Assembly (NCBI GenBank): GCA_026004395.1
Contig: BPJB01000001.1
Span: forward strand, 161,370 to 225,369
Origin: Patescibacteria group bacterium
GTDB lineage: Bacteria > Patescibacteriota > Microgenomatia > Levybacterales > UBA12049
DNA length: 64,000 nucleotides
Reading direction: 5' to 3'
Shown here: piece by piece, positions 1-10,242 of the stretch
How the letters are laid out: every line of letters begins with the position of its first letter
Numbering within the stretch: the first letter of the stretch is position 1
Translations under genes and position numbers: made by a program
The notes under the pieces: generated by a model
The model's database searches: none
Told to the model about the DNA's origin: nothing
The model's input: the letters and a program-made list of their open reading frames with translations, nothing else

Positions 1-1218
1 AAGATGTCCTGGCCCTAAAAATTGAAAGGGTATATGCAATCTTTCCAGCGCACGTTGAAAAGGCAATGAATGATCATTTGCTCTAACTAAGATAGCAAAG
101 TCGCTATAGGGTCTGTTATTCTTTTTGACCTCTTCGCGAATTCTTTTGGCCACTTCCTCTGCCTCATCTTCAGCACGATGAGCAAGGATAAATTCAACTC
201 CTTCTCCCTGTACTCCTCTCATCGATATAAGTTTCTTATTTATCCCTTCTTTTACTTCAAGTCTATCAGGGTTATTAAATTGGATCAGTCGATATGCACT
301 ATCAAGAATCGCTTGTGTTGAGCGGTAATTTTTCGTGAGGGTGATAATAGTAGCTTTGGGAAAATGGGATCTAAACTGCATCATATTGGCTATTGCTGCT
401 CCCCGCCACCTATAAATACTTTGATCATCATCTCCGACGACAGTGATATTTTGGTCATCAGCAGCAAGTAAGATTGCCAGTTCATTTTGAGCGTAATTTG
501 TATCTTGGAATTCGTCAACTAGAATATACTTAAACTGTCGTTGATATTGATTGAGGATGTTTTTTCTTGTTCTGAAGAGTTTAAGAGTATTGCTAATTAG
601 GTCTGAGAAGTCCATCACACCATTTTTGGCTTTAAGTTCTTCATACTTTGCAAAAGCATGAGCCAGCTCATTTATTTTTTTTATTTCATCTTGCTCTACT
701 TTTTGTTCTGAGATTTTTTGGGCATAGAGCAAATATTGCTCAGGAGAGATATCATCGTCTTTTAGACGACTGAAGTGTTGTAGCATGCCTTGGAGAAATT
801 TAGTAGGGTTTCCCAAAGGTCTAAAATAATCAAGATCAAGCTCAAAAAGATGCTTGCGAAGAAAAAGAAGTGCTTCTGCTTCTGTCATTAACTCAAATGC
901 TGGAGAGAGTCCTATATGTATTGCTTCTTGACGTAAAACGCGATCACAAAATGCATGAAAAGTTTCAATCCACATAGTTGTGTATCCATAAGGAAGCACT
1001 TGATCTATACGTGTCTCCATTTCTTGTGCTGCTTTTTCTGTAAATGTGAGCGCTAGAATAGAAGAGGGAGGGATATTCCTTTCTAGAATTAAGTGTTCAA
1101 TGCGTTTTGTAATAACTGTTGTTTTACCTGTTCCAGCTCCTGCAATAATCAGTAGAGGTCCTTTGTTGTGAGTAATTGCAGCGATTTGTTCTTCGTTAAG
1201 ATTTGAAATATCAGGCAT
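1..1218 (-). CDS. UvrD/PcrA-family SF1 DNA helicase (5' part; runs off the window start)
   Basis: Manual minus-strand translation from ATG 1218: MPDISNLNEEQIAAITHNKGPLLIIAGAGTGKTT, then LVDEFQDTN and VVGDDDQSIYRWRGA motifs. Confidence 0.93.
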   Translation of the reverse strand, partial: MPDISNLNEEQIAAITHNKGPLLIIAGAGTGKTTVITKRIEHLILERNIPPSSILALTFTEKAAQEMETRIDQVLPYGYTTMWIETFHAFCDRVLRQEAIHIGLSPAFELMTEAEALLFLRKHLFELDLDYFRPLGNPTKFLQGMLQHFSRLKDDDISPEQYLLYAQKISEQKVEQDEIKKINELAHAFAKYEELKAKNGVMDFSDLISNTLKLFRTRKNILNQYQRQFKYILVDEFQDTNYAQNELAILLAADDQNITVVGDDDQSIYRWRGAAIANMMQFRSHFPKATIITLTKNYRSTQAILDSAYRLIQFNNPDRLEVKEGINKKLISMRGVQGEGVEFILAHRAEDEAEEVAKRIREEVKKNNRPYSDFAILVRANDHSLPFQRALERLHIPFQFLGPGHL

Positions 1219-1314
1219 GCGAATTATTCTACCATATAGTGATCCTTGTAAAACAGGGGAAAAATAATTTCTATATATTTAAGATCATTAATATAATTTG
1301 CTAATATAGATTAT

Positions 1315-2055
1315 ATGGCATCGCTTCCACATGAATTTAGTCTGCCATTTTGGAAAAAAGAGCAGGTTGCTGATCAGACGTATTCATTTTATTTTCTCAG
1401 AACTGAAAAAATAGATTTTAAGCCGGGTCAATATATTAAAATGACTTTAGATCTTACAGAAGAAGATCCACGGGGAAACTCTCGTTTTTTCTCTCTTTGT
1501 TCTTCTCCACTTGAAGAAGAGTTGATTATGATCACAACCAAAATTGCAGATGTTCCAAGCCCATTTAAAAAAAAATTATTATCTCTTACTCCCAATGAAT
1601 CAGTAAAATTTTTTGGTCCTGCTGGTGTATTTGTGCTTCCTGAACAAAGTGCAAGACCTGTTATTCTTCTTGCTGGAGGGATTGGGATTACGCCATTTCA
1701 TAGCATGATACTTTATGCATCAGTCAAAAAGTGTAATTTCTTCATTACACTTATAGCATCATTTAGTACTGTTGAAGAAGCGGTTTTTTATCAGGAATTG
1801 CAAGATGCTGCCGCTTTACAAGATAATCTTAAAGTAATTTATACTATCTCTCATCCTGAGAGATCACAGCAGAAATGGGATGGTGCAAAAGGCAGAATAT
1901 CTGAGGAAATGATAAGAAAATATGTTGCCCATCCGAAAGAGGCTCTTTTTTATATTTGCGGTCCTATGAAGATGGTTGATTCAATGCTAGAGCTTATCAA
2001 AGGTATGGGAGTTCCTCAGGGACAGATCAAAAAAGAAAATTTTACAGGGTATTAA
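1315..2055 (+). CDS. FNR-family FAD/NAD(P)-binding oxidoreductase
   Basis: FKPGQY, RxFS, LAGGIGITP, FYICGP and terminal ENF motifs. Confidence 0.9.
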   Translation: MASLPHEFSLPFWKKEQVADQTYSFYFLRTEKIDFKPGQYIKMTLDLTEEDPRGNSRFFSLCSSPLEEELIMITTKIADVPSPFKKKLLSLTPNESVKFFGPAGVFVLPEQSARPVILLAGGIGITPFHSMILYASVKKCNFFITLIASFSTVEEAVFYQELQDAAALQDNLKVIYTISHPERSQQKWDGAKGRISEEMIRKYVAHPKEALFYICGPMKMVDSMLELIKGMGVPQGQIKKENFTGY

Positions 2056-2083
2056 TTTCTTACAAATCTCTTTCTAAAAGAGA

Positions 2084-3067
2084 TTAGGAATTAGGATCAT
2101 CATAAAATGGGCGAAGCCCCTTTGCTCGGGAAGGATGACGCAATTTTCTAAGAGCGTGTGCTAAAGTGATTCTTACAACTTCTTGATTTAATCCTAATTC
2201 TTTGGCTATCTGTTTCTCATTCATTTCTTTCGTATATTCTCCTAATCCATATCTCATTTCTAATACTTTTTTTTCTCTTGGAGTAAGTGTATTAAGAGTA
2301 TCTTTGATTGTTGTATCCAATTCGACTTCATCATAAATTTGAGCTGGATCAGATTGCTTATCTGAAGTAATTTCATCTACATTTCTTTCTTTTGGAATTA
2401 AAGTATCCGTAAAGGATTGAGAAGATGTTATTCTACTACCTAGGGATAAATATTGTGTACCTTTGTAGCGTTTTATAATGGTTGCAAATGTATCGAAGTT
2501 TAGTAGTGGTGGATCAGAATAACTCTTTTTAAGATGCTCTGTAATTGCCTGATAAAGTTCTTCTACTGTTGGTTCTTTCTGTAATTTTTGTTTGAGAGTC
2601 TCTGAGAATCTATTAATTAAAGGTAAATAGAGTTTTACAGTGCTTTTACGATGAAAAGGCGTAGATAGATCTTCAGTCATTTTTGGGCTTTGCAATACCT
2701 CTGCTAAGCTATCTCCGACATAAGTAGAAAATTTAGCAGGTTCTCCTGTTTTTTCCGATATTTGATTGGGATCAAAATTGTCTATACAACTTCTTATTAT
2801 AATAAATGCCTCACTAATCAGATCTGAGGGTGGTATATTTTTAGGAGCATATTGTCCTATAAAATAGGGGATCATTCTCATTGTTGAAGCGTAAATTTCA
2901 GAATAAGCACGTGTTTTGTCATCAAAGGAAGAAGAAGGATTGCGAATTGTAGCAATTCTCTTACTTATTTCTTCATCAGATAAAATTGGCAGTTCAGTAT
3001 TTCTAAGATCCCTGATAAATAGTGTATAGTGATCCTCTTGTATGTTGTTATCCCTTTGTTCAGCCAT
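2084..3067 (-). CDS. Divergent sigma-70 family RNA polymerase sigma factor
   Basis: FDP...KFSTY (region 2), LTPREKKVLEMRYGL and ALRKLRHPSR (RpoD-like region 4). Confidence 0.8.
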   Translation of the reverse strand: MAEQRDNNIQEDHYTLFIRDLRNTELPILSDEEISKRIATIRNPSSSFDDKTRAYSEIYASTMRMIPYFIGQYAPKNIPPSDLISEAFIIIRSCIDNFDPNQISEKTGEPAKFSTYVGDSLAEVLQSPKMTEDLSTPFHRKSTVKLYLPLINRFSETLKQKLQKEPTVEELYQAITEHLKKSYSDPPLLNFDTFATIIKRYKGTQYLSLGSRITSSQSFTDTLIPKERNVDEITSDKQSDPAQIYDEVELDTTIKDTLNTLTPREKKVLEMRYGLGEYTKEMNEKQIAKELGLNQEVVRITLAHALRKLRHPSRAKGLRPFYDDPNS

Positions 3068-3141
3068 ATTAAAAATATTTTCTATTTTTTTGAAAGAATC
3101 AATCTTTTAGCACATTGTTTTACAATAGTAATCTTTAAATT

Positions 3142-4161
3142 CTAAGAGTCCTCGAGTACTTTTCCCTCTAAAATCTTAGTTGCTGTTAGTTTGTTCCCCA
3201 TTTGAGAGATACCCATTGATACATTAGTAAATTGTGCAGATGCATTGTTCAGATGTCTGCCAAGAATTGTCAGGTTTTCTTGAACTTTGCCATATTCGAT
3301 CTCAAGTGAACGGAGTAGCTTGAATACTTCTTTTGATCGAGATTCGATTTTTTTGCCCTCAAATGATAGAAGAATAGTCTGAAGATGAACATAAAGTGTG
3401 CTCGGTGATACAAGATATACTCTTGATCTTCTGGCATAATCTAAAATGTCATTCAGATTGCAGATCTCATAAAAAACTGCTTCACTGGGTATATACATCA
3501 GAGCAAAATCCATAGTTCCCTCATCTGGTAAAATATATTTTTTGGCAATATTGTCAATGTGTTTTTTGACATCACGTATAAATTCTTTTTTCAAAACCTC
3601 CTTTTGTGATTCCTCATTGTTTTTAACCATTCGCTGAAAACTTTCCATCGGGAATTTTGAGTCTATGGGGAGAATACCACCATCGGTTTTTATTGCGGCA
3701 TCAACTTTTTCTCCTGATTTAAATTGATACTGAAGATAAAAGCTATTTTGGGGAAATATTTGAGATAGAAGATCTTTAAGAATCTCTTCACCTATATTCC
3801 CTCTTAATTTGGGACTTTTCAAAAATTCTTGAAGCTCCTTCATGCTTCTGCCAATTTCACTCATTTGTCCTACTTCTATTCCAACTGTTTTTATTACTTG
3901 CGCAGCTTTATCTAATCTTTCATTGAGTTGTTTGGAATTTTCTTGAAGCGTTTGTACCATGAGATCCGTGTTTGATGAAAGCATTTGGTTAATCGTTTTA
4001 TTAGTCGTCTCCAGTGAAGTTTGCATTGTTTTTAGCCATTCTATAATAGCTCTCTCTGATGATTGATTTTTAAACTCTGCAATTTTTCGGTTGAGAAGAA
4101 AAATAATAATTCCAAATCCAATTACAAGAACAGAGAGCAATAGGATAAGATTTGCTTCCAT
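3142..4161 (-). CDS. rmuC: DNA recombination protein RmuC
   Basis: N-terminal TM plus coiled coil; RGNIGE, IDSKFP, KYI, DFALMYIPSE motifs. ATG 4161 preferred as start. Confidence 0.88.
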   Translation of the reverse strand: MEANLILLLSVLVIGFGIIIFLLNRKIAEFKNQSSERAIIEWLKTMQTSLETTNKTINQMLSSNTDLMVQTLQENSKQLNERLDKAAQVIKTVGIEVGQMSEIGRSMKELQEFLKSPKLRGNIGEEILKDLLSQIFPQNSFYLQYQFKSGEKVDAAIKTDGGILPIDSKFPMESFQRMVKNNEESQKEVLKKEFIRDVKKHIDNIAKKYILPDEGTMDFALMYIPSEAVFYEICNLNDILDYARRSRVYLVSPSTLYVHLQTILLSFEGKKIESRSKEVFKLLRSLEIEYGKVQENLTILGRHLNNASAQFTNVSMGISQMGNKLTATKILEGKVLEDS

Positions 4162-4209
4162 AGCTTGGTGTAAGTATATCACAGAAACGCAACAGTTTTG
4201 AGGATGAGA

Positions 4210-5262
4210 TTAGTAATATAATTCTGGGTCAACTGATAGACTTTTCCAAGAGGATCGAAAAGGTGTGAAAACAGCTGCTGCTGCAATCATCGCTCCATTA
4301 TCTGTGCAGAATTCCTTTGGTGGTATAAAAAGATCGGTCTTTTGTAGATTTTCTTTCACTGCCATTTGTAGATCTTCTTTAAGTTTTTTGTTGGCGGCAA
4401 CGCCTCCTCCAAGAAGAATGGATCTAACTCGATATTTTTTGGCTGCTTTAAGTGTTTTTATTACTACGACATCAATAATTGCTTGTTGAACAGAAGCGCA
4501 TAAATCATAAAGAATTTGTTTGTTGTTGGATACAAACTTGGGATCGTGAAATTCCCACTTGTTCTTTTTAACTAAATTGAGTACTGCAGTTTTAAGTCCA
4601 CTAAAACTAAAATCAAAATCATGAGATCTAATCATAGGACGAGGAAGATCAAATGCATGAGCGTTACCTTTTTCTGCAAGATGAGAAATTGCAGGTCCTG
4701 CAGGATACGGCAGATTAAGAAGTCTTCCAATCTTATCAAACGCTTCTCCTGCTGCATCATCCCTTGTTCCACCAATCACAGTGATATCATTGTGCTGTCT
4801 AAGATAGACTAAGTCAGTATGACCTCCTGATATTACCAGAGCAATGGCAGGTAGGTAGATATTAGAGTACTGTAACCAATTTGCATAAATATGTCCATAG
4901 AGATGGTTGATAGGAATTAATTCTTTATTCCAAACAAGAGAGAGTGTTTTAGCTGTTTCAACGCCAACTAGAAGCGATCCTATAAGTCCTGGACCATAGG
5001 TTACAGCGATAGCATCCAAAGGAGGTGGTTTAGGGCTACCAAGATCATAGGAAAGTCCTTTTTTTAAGGCTTCTTTAATAACGGGAATAATATAGCGTAA
5101 TTGTTCACGAGCTGCCACCTCTGGTATAATCCCTCCTGTTGTCGAGTGAAGCGCTATTGAAGAAGATAGACTATTTGCCAGTAGAGTGAGCCGATTATTG
5201 GAAGTGCTTAATACTGCTGCTCCTGTTTCATCGCATGATGTTTCAATCCCGAGAATAGTCAT
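4210..5262 (-). CDS. tsaD: tRNA N6-threonylcarbamoyltransferase TsaD
   Basis: ILGIETSCDET, GPGL, HLYGH, SGGHT, DDAAGEAFDK, FSFSGLKT, CTDNGAMIA. Confidence 0.97.
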   Translation of the reverse strand: MTILGIETSCDETGAAVLSTSNNRLTLLANSLSSSIALHSTTGGIIPEVAAREQLRYIIPVIKEALKKGLSYDLGSPKPPPLDAIAVTYGPGLIGSLLVGVETAKTLSLVWNKELIPINHLYGHIYANWLQYSNIYLPAIALVISGGHTDLVYLRQHNDITVIGGTRDDAAGEAFDKIGRLLNLPYPAGPAISHLAEKGNAHAFDLPRPMIRSHDFDFSFSGLKTAVLNLVKKNKWEFHDPKFVSNNKQILYDLCASVQQAIIDVVVIKTLKAAKKYRVRSILLGGGVAANKKLKEDLQMAVKENLQKTDLFIPPKEFCTDNGAMIAAAAVFTPFRSSWKSLSVDPELYY

Positions 5263-5720
5263 AGAGAGATTTTGATTGTTTCACCTTCAGAAAGTCCTAG
5301 TTTTTCTACAGTTCCCGCTTTGAGTTCAAGAACCCTGTTTGCAGGTTGAGTAGGTGAATAAGTAGCTAGCCGTTCATCTTTATTTTGAGGATAAGGTACA
5401 TTTTTATAGATTGTAACGATTGTTTCATTATTAAGGAAGATTATATCAATAGGAAATTTCATGTCCTTCATCCAAAATGCATAATATCCTGGTGTATCAA
5501 AAATAAAAATCATTCCCTCATTATCTTTGATAGATTTTCTTTTGGAGAGTCCTAATTGACGTTTTTGTTCAGAATCAGCAACTTCTAAAACAAATGTTGT
5601 GTCTCCAATTGTCGTTGTTATTTTTCTTGTAAATTGATTACTTTTTTGTGCAATGATAAAAACAATTATTGCTGCAACAGCTATTATAAAAATAATAAAT
5701 CCAACAAGATATTTATTCAT
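5259..5720 (-). CDS. DUF192 family membrane-anchored protein
   Basis: EVAD...GLS, GMIFIF, FWMKDMKFPIDIIF, VLELKAG. Start at ATG 5720. Confidence 0.88.
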   Translation of the reverse strand: MNKYLVGFIIFIIAVAAIIVFIIAQKSNQFTRKITTTIGDTTFVLEVADSEQKRQLGLSKRKSIKDNEGMIFIFDTPGYYAFWMKDMKFPIDIIFLNNETIVTIYKNVPYPQNKDERLATYSPTQPANRVLELKAGTVEKLGLSEGETIKISL

Positions 5721-6186
5721 ATAATTTAATGCATCGCGTAGTTGAAAATTCCTCAATTCTATTGATTACTTCTTTTACTTTTGCTCCTATTTCTGCTGCT
5801 TGTCTATCTTTATGATAGCGATATGGATCACCTTTGGTAGTTGCGATTATAGCAGGTTTGAGAGATGTTACAAGGCTGTCATAATCTTCATCTGTGAGAA
5901 TTCCCTCAAGCAAAACGACAAAATCAACGTAGGGAAGTTTTGCAAGCTTTTGTGCACGTAGAGATTGTTGCTCCACTGGTCTATTCTTGCCTTTTTGGAT
6001 CTTGATGGCAATATCGCTTTCAAGCATGACGATGAGTATATCTCCTTCTTCCTTTGCTTTTTTCAGAAAAGATTTATGCCCTTCATGAAGCAGATCAAAA
6101 CAGCCCCCTGCCAAGACAAGAATTTTTCCTTCTTTAATTAGTTTTTGAGTTATAAATTTAGCCTTGTTTGCTGTTGTAATTTTCAT
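5713..6186 (-). CDS. Cytidylyltransferase-family (RfaE domain II/TagD-like) nucleotidyltransferase
   Basis: GCFDLLHEGH (HxGH), KGKNRP, VDFV, STT. Confidence 0.85.
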   Translation of the reverse strand: MKITTANKAKFITQKLIKEGKILVLAGGCFDLLHEGHKSFLKKAKEEGDILIVMLESDIAIKIQKGKNRPVEQQSLRAQKLAKLPYVDFVVLLEGILTDEDYDSLVTSLKPAIIATTKGDPYRYHKDRQAAEIGAKVKEVINRIEEFSTTRCIKLYE

Positions 6187-6238
6187 ATCTAAGTTTTTAA
6201 AAATATTTTTTTTGATTAAATCAAGAATAAATTAAGAT

Positions 6239-7669
6239 TTAACCTTCTTTTGTGCCTCTAAGATATACAGCCTGCCAAGGACGGTAATGTGAGGTAAATT
6301 TTTCATCTATGATAATTTTCCCATTTCTTCTTACTTGTCTGGTAAAGTAGACCACAGCACCCGCTGCTGCCCAATCTATTTGTTTGATTACTCCTTTTGG
6401 CAAGGTGGGATCATCTTGATAAAGTGGTTCGGGGGCTGGAGATTGAGAAACAATTACAGGTTTTCCAATAAATACCTCTCTTCCGTCTTTTGTTCCATAA
6501 AGTTCAAAAGTAAGTTCATATTGATCAGGATTAACATGTGCTTGAAGGAGAATGTAGTTTTCTGTATCATTTTTGAATTTTAAATCAAGCGTTGGAGTGT
6601 AAATTGCTGCATCAATACCTGGTCCTGAATCTTGTTCATAATAACTGACTCTATAGGCGTGTTGATTTCTTTCAATAACAGGTAGTCCGGCATTAAGAAT
6701 TGCTCTAAAGAGTGTGGTTGAGACTTGACACACTCCACCACCGTCACCAAGAACAGTTCTACCATTTTGAATGACATATGCTTGTTTGTATCCTGTAAAG
6801 ACAGAGACATCACCGAGTGCTTTATTAAACGAAAAGACTTCTCCTGGTTTTATAAGTATGCCATTAAGGCGGGTTGCGGCAAGTGTTATATTGTAGATTC
6901 TATTGGCTATAGATCCCGCAAAATGAGATCTCCCTTCACCAATCTTTTCAACTATTCCTAAATTATTAGCTTCTTCGTTTGTCACTTCGGGTTTTATGGT
7001 AATAATAGGAACAGAAATTATTAACGTTTCCTTGGTGGATGATGTAACTTCTCGTACTAGTATTTCTTTTAGTTTGGCTACATCTACTTTTTTTCCATCT
7101 TTTGCCGTTTGGAATTCAGTTACACGGCCGTTTTCAAAGATAAATCGAGCATTAATTGGATCTGAGTCTATTATTTTTTGAAACTGATTGATAAAGGATG
7201 AAACTTCTTTTTCATTAAAATGGTATGCAGGTTCAAGATTGATGCCATTGATATATGACTGCAAGATAAGAGATAAGTTGGAAAGGAGGTTTTCAGACCG
7301 TCCTATTGCAAACGCCTGTTCCGCAAGCAGGTCTTCATCATAGCCAATATTCAGTCTTTGAGCAGATGAGGTTGCTATTTTTTCATCGCTTTTTAAAGTA
7401 ATTATCTTATGATAAAAAACATTGTTCTTTTTGCGAAAAAACTCTTTGACTTCGTCTTTTGTCCTTCCATCCAAGCGTATATGATCAATTGCAATACCCG
7501 GATAGACTTTATCTTTATAGTTATACTGGTAATATATATAGAAAAAACTTAGAGAGAAGAATAGTCCGAGTATTACCCCTAAAAAAAACCACATGCATGA
7601 TCGAAGTATTAATAAAAAGTCTTTTTGGGTTGGGATATTAATATTTATGTTGGGAAAGATTTTTTTCAT
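6239..7669 (-). CDS. VanW-family protein with N-terminal TM and putative peptidoglycan-binding region
   Basis: RIYNITLA, PGEVFSFN, GGGVCQVSTTLF, DLKFKN. Confidence 0.88.
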   Translation of the reverse strand: MKKIFPNININIPTQKDFLLILRSCMWFFLGVILGLFFSLSFFYIYYQYNYKDKVYPGIAIDHIRLDGRTKDEVKEFFRKKNNVFYHKIITLKSDEKIATSSAQRLNIGYDEDLLAEQAFAIGRSENLLSNLSLILQSYINGINLEPAYHFNEKEVSSFINQFQKIIDSDPINARFIFENGRVTEFQTAKDGKKVDVAKLKEILVREVTSSTKETLIISVPIITIKPEVTNEEANNLGIVEKIGEGRSHFAGSIANRIYNITLAATRLNGILIKPGEVFSFNKALGDVSVFTGYKQAYVIQNGRTVLGDGGGVCQVSTTLFRAILNAGLPVIERNQHAYRVSYYEQDSGPGIDAAIYTPTLDLKFKNDTENYILLQAHVNPDQYELTFELYGTKDGREVFIGKPVIVSQSPAPEPLYQDDPTLPKGVIKQIDWAAAGAVVYFTRQVRRNGKIIIDEKFTSHYRPWQAVYLRGTKEG

Positions 7670-7723
7670 TTTAAAGAATTGCTATGGCTTATTACAGGTA
7701 TTATACTATACATACTCCTTTAT

Positions 7724-9244
7724 ATGGATGAAAATGTCGTTTTCAAACCCACAAATACTCCTTCTTCCCAACCGTCATCATCGGATATTCCTCAAACATC
7801 GCCTTCTTCAAGCAATCTAAATTCTCCTTTACAATCTCCGCAGATAAATAAAGAATCTTCTTCTACTCCTCCTTCACCTCCATCTCCTCCTTCACAAGCT
7901 TCATCTTTATCTGAATCTCCTTTACCTAAACCACCTGTTTCATCTCAAAGGAATGTTTTGGGATTACTTTTGAAAATAGGTATTGCTATTTTGGCAATTG
8001 CAATTATTGTAATTTTCATTTTTAAATTCATCGTGCCGCTTTTTGGTACATCAAAAGCAAATAAAGTAAATCTAATCTATTGGGGATTGTGGGAAGACAA
8101 AAATACTATGCAGAAAATTATTGATGATTTTCAGAGAGAGTATCCAAATATTACAGTTACCTACATTAAAAAAGATATTAGACAATACAGACAGAGTCTT
8201 GTTACCCAAATCTCCAATGGTACAGGTCCTGATATCTATAGGTATCATAATTCCTGGGTAGGGATGATGAAGTCGTATCTTTCCCCACTTTCTGCTGATG
8301 TTATTACACCTGACGAGTTTAAAAATTTATACTTTCCTGTTATTCAGAGAGATTTAACCCGGAATGGAGCTCTTTACGGAATACCTTTGATGATAGATAC
8401 ATTGTCTTTGTTTATTAACGAAGAGCTTTTTGAAGCAGGTGGAAATACAGTTCCGAGAACATGGGATGAGTTTGTACGCGTTGCCAAAAATCTTGTTGTT
8501 AAAGATAGCGAGGGAAATATACTTACTGCTGGTGCTGCTATGGGAACGTATGATAATATCACCCATGCGCCTGATATTATCGCTCTTTTGTTTGCGCAGA
8601 ATGGAACCAATTTTGACAATTTCCAAGCGACAAAAGTTAATGCTAGTCAAGCCCTGCAGTTTTATACAGCATTCGCAAAAGGAGAAGGAAGTGTCTGGAA
8701 CGATAGGCTCGATCCATCTGTTGTTGCTTTTGCTAAAGGAAATCTTGCTATGTATTTTGGTTACTCCTGGGATATTTTTACAATTCAATCTCTGAATAAA
8801 GACCTTAGATTTTCTGTCCATCCAGTACCGAATCTTCCAGGAAGAAAAATAACAATAGCCAGTTACTGGGTTGAGGGTGTTTCAGCAAAATCGAAACATC
8901 AAAAAGAAGCAATGTTATTTATGAAACATTTAGCAAAAAAAGATACTCTACAGAAACTTTATACAGAAATTGCTAAAACACGCTCTTTCGGTGAGTTATA
9001 TCCTCGTAAAGATCTGGCTGCAACATTGAAAAATAATAGACTGGTTTATCCTTTTCTAGCACAAGCAGAGTTTGCTATTTCTTCCTATTTTGCAAGTGAC
9101 ACTTACGATGAAGGAATTAATATGCAGATGAATAAGTATCTGGGAGATGCCGTAAGGAGTATTCAAACAAATAGTTCTGCTGAGTCTGCAACAGAAACCC
9201 TTGCCCAGGGTGTACAACAAATTATTAGTAAATATGGGCAATAA
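7724..9244 (+). CDS. Membrane-anchored sugar-type (family 1) solute-binding protein with Pro/Ser-rich N-terminus
   Basis: Low-complexity N-terminus, TM helix, WGLWE, GPDI, LYGIP, FAKGNLAM. ATG 7724 avoids overlap with the divergent vanW-like gene. Confidence 0.82.
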   Translation: MDENVVFKPTNTPSSQPSSSDIPQTSPSSSNLNSPLQSPQINKESSSTPPSPPSPPSQASSLSESPLPKPPVSSQRNVLGLLLKIGIAILAIAIIVIFIFKFIVPLFGTSKANKVNLIYWGLWEDKNTMQKIIDDFQREYPNITVTYIKKDIRQYRQSLVTQISNGTGPDIYRYHNSWVGMMKSYLSPLSADVITPDEFKNLYFPVIQRDLTRNGALYGIPLMIDTLSLFINEELFEAGGNTVPRTWDEFVRVAKNLVVKDSEGNILTAGAAMGTYDNITHAPDIIALLFAQNGTNFDNFQATKVNASQALQFYTAFAKGEGSVWNDRLDPSVVAFAKGNLAMYFGYSWDIFTIQSLNKDLRFSVHPVPNLPGRKITIASYWVEGVSAKSKHQKEAMLFMKHLAKKDTLQKLYTEIAKTRSFGELYPRKDLAATLKNNRLVYPFLAQAEFAISSYFASDTYDEGINMQMNKYLGDAVRSIQTNSSAESATETLAQGVQQIISKYGQ

Positions 9245-10118
9245 ATATAAAGCAATTGTTCGTACTCTTCTTTATAGTGATATATTCGATTTTCCGCTAA
9301 CAGAGGCTGAAATTTATTATTATTTATTGACAGATACTAGAATTTCCAAGTCAGAGTTTAGACAGGCTTTTACTGAATTGCTTCCTCATCTTATGTATCA
9401 AAAACCTTACATTGCTCTCCCTAATAGAGGAAATATTATTCAAAGAAGAAGAAATAATGAACGATGGCTTAATCTCAAAAGAAGAGAGGCTTCTCAGATT
9501 GCTCGAATATTATCCTATATTCCAACGATATATTTTATTGGATTAAGTGGTGGAGTTGGTGTGGGAAGTGCCAATAAAGATGATGATATTGATTTTTTTA
9601 TAATTACAAAGAAAAACTGTATATATATCACAAGACTCATCAGTCTGTTAGTTCTTGCTATACTTGGAAAACGTAGAAAACGAGGAGAGAAGAATGCAAG
9701 GGATAAAATTTGTTTGAATATGTTTCTTGATGAATCTTCTCTAGCATTACCTTTAGATCGTCATGATATATATACCGCACATGAGATTGCTCAGATTTAT
9801 CCTCTAGTTGATAGAAATAATACTTATCTGCGATTTTTATCTGCCAATAAATGGATTGCTACATTTCTTGCTCATGCAACATTAGGGAGAAAAGTGAAAT
9901 TTCAGAAGTTACAGCAAAGTTTAGGAGAGGGCTTATTGAGAATCTTTGAGCCTATAGCTCGTTATTTGCAACTGAAGTATATTAAAAGGCATAGAACAAA
10001 AGAAATAGTGACGAATAATTTTATCGCATTCCATCCAAAAGACTATAGGTCAATTATAGTTAAAACTTATCAGCAAAAAATTAGAAAAAATTTACTCAAT
10101 TTTAGCTCTCTATTTTAA
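9234..10118 (+). CDS. Conserved hypothetical protein with nucleotidyltransferase-like motif
   Basis: YSDIFDFPLT N-terminus; SGGVG...DDDIDFFII resembles the pol-beta NTase GS..DxD motif. Confidence 0.6.
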   Translation: MGNKYKAIVRTLLYSDIFDFPLTEAEIYYYLLTDTRISKSEFRQAFTELLPHLMYQKPYIALPNRGNIIQRRRNNERWLNLKRREASQIARILSYIPTIYFIGLSGGVGVGSANKDDDIDFFIITKKNCIYITRLISLLVLAILGKRRKRGEKNARDKICLNMFLDESSLALPLDRHDIYTAHEIAQIYPLVDRNNTYLRFLSANKWIATFLAHATLGRKVKFQKLQQSLGEGLLRIFEPIARYLQLKYIKRHRTKEIVTNNFIAFHPKDYRSIIVKTYQQKIRKNLLNFSSLF

Positions 10119-10143
10119 TACTCTAGGATATTATTATTTTTGC

Positions 10144-10172
10144 TTGACAAACGGGTGTGTATTCTTTATACT
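10144..10172 (+). promoter_or_regulatory. sigma70 promoter of greA
   Basis: TTGACA-17 nt-TATACT. Confidence 0.75.
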
Positions 10173-10242
10173 TTCACTGATTTAGATAGAAAATATCATC
10201 TCTCCCAGCATGCATTTTGGAGGGATTTTCTTTTTAGTAGAT

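Noticed and set aside
7800-7940. TCCTCCTTCA-like short repeats
   Set aside because: They simply encode a Pro/Ser-rich linker
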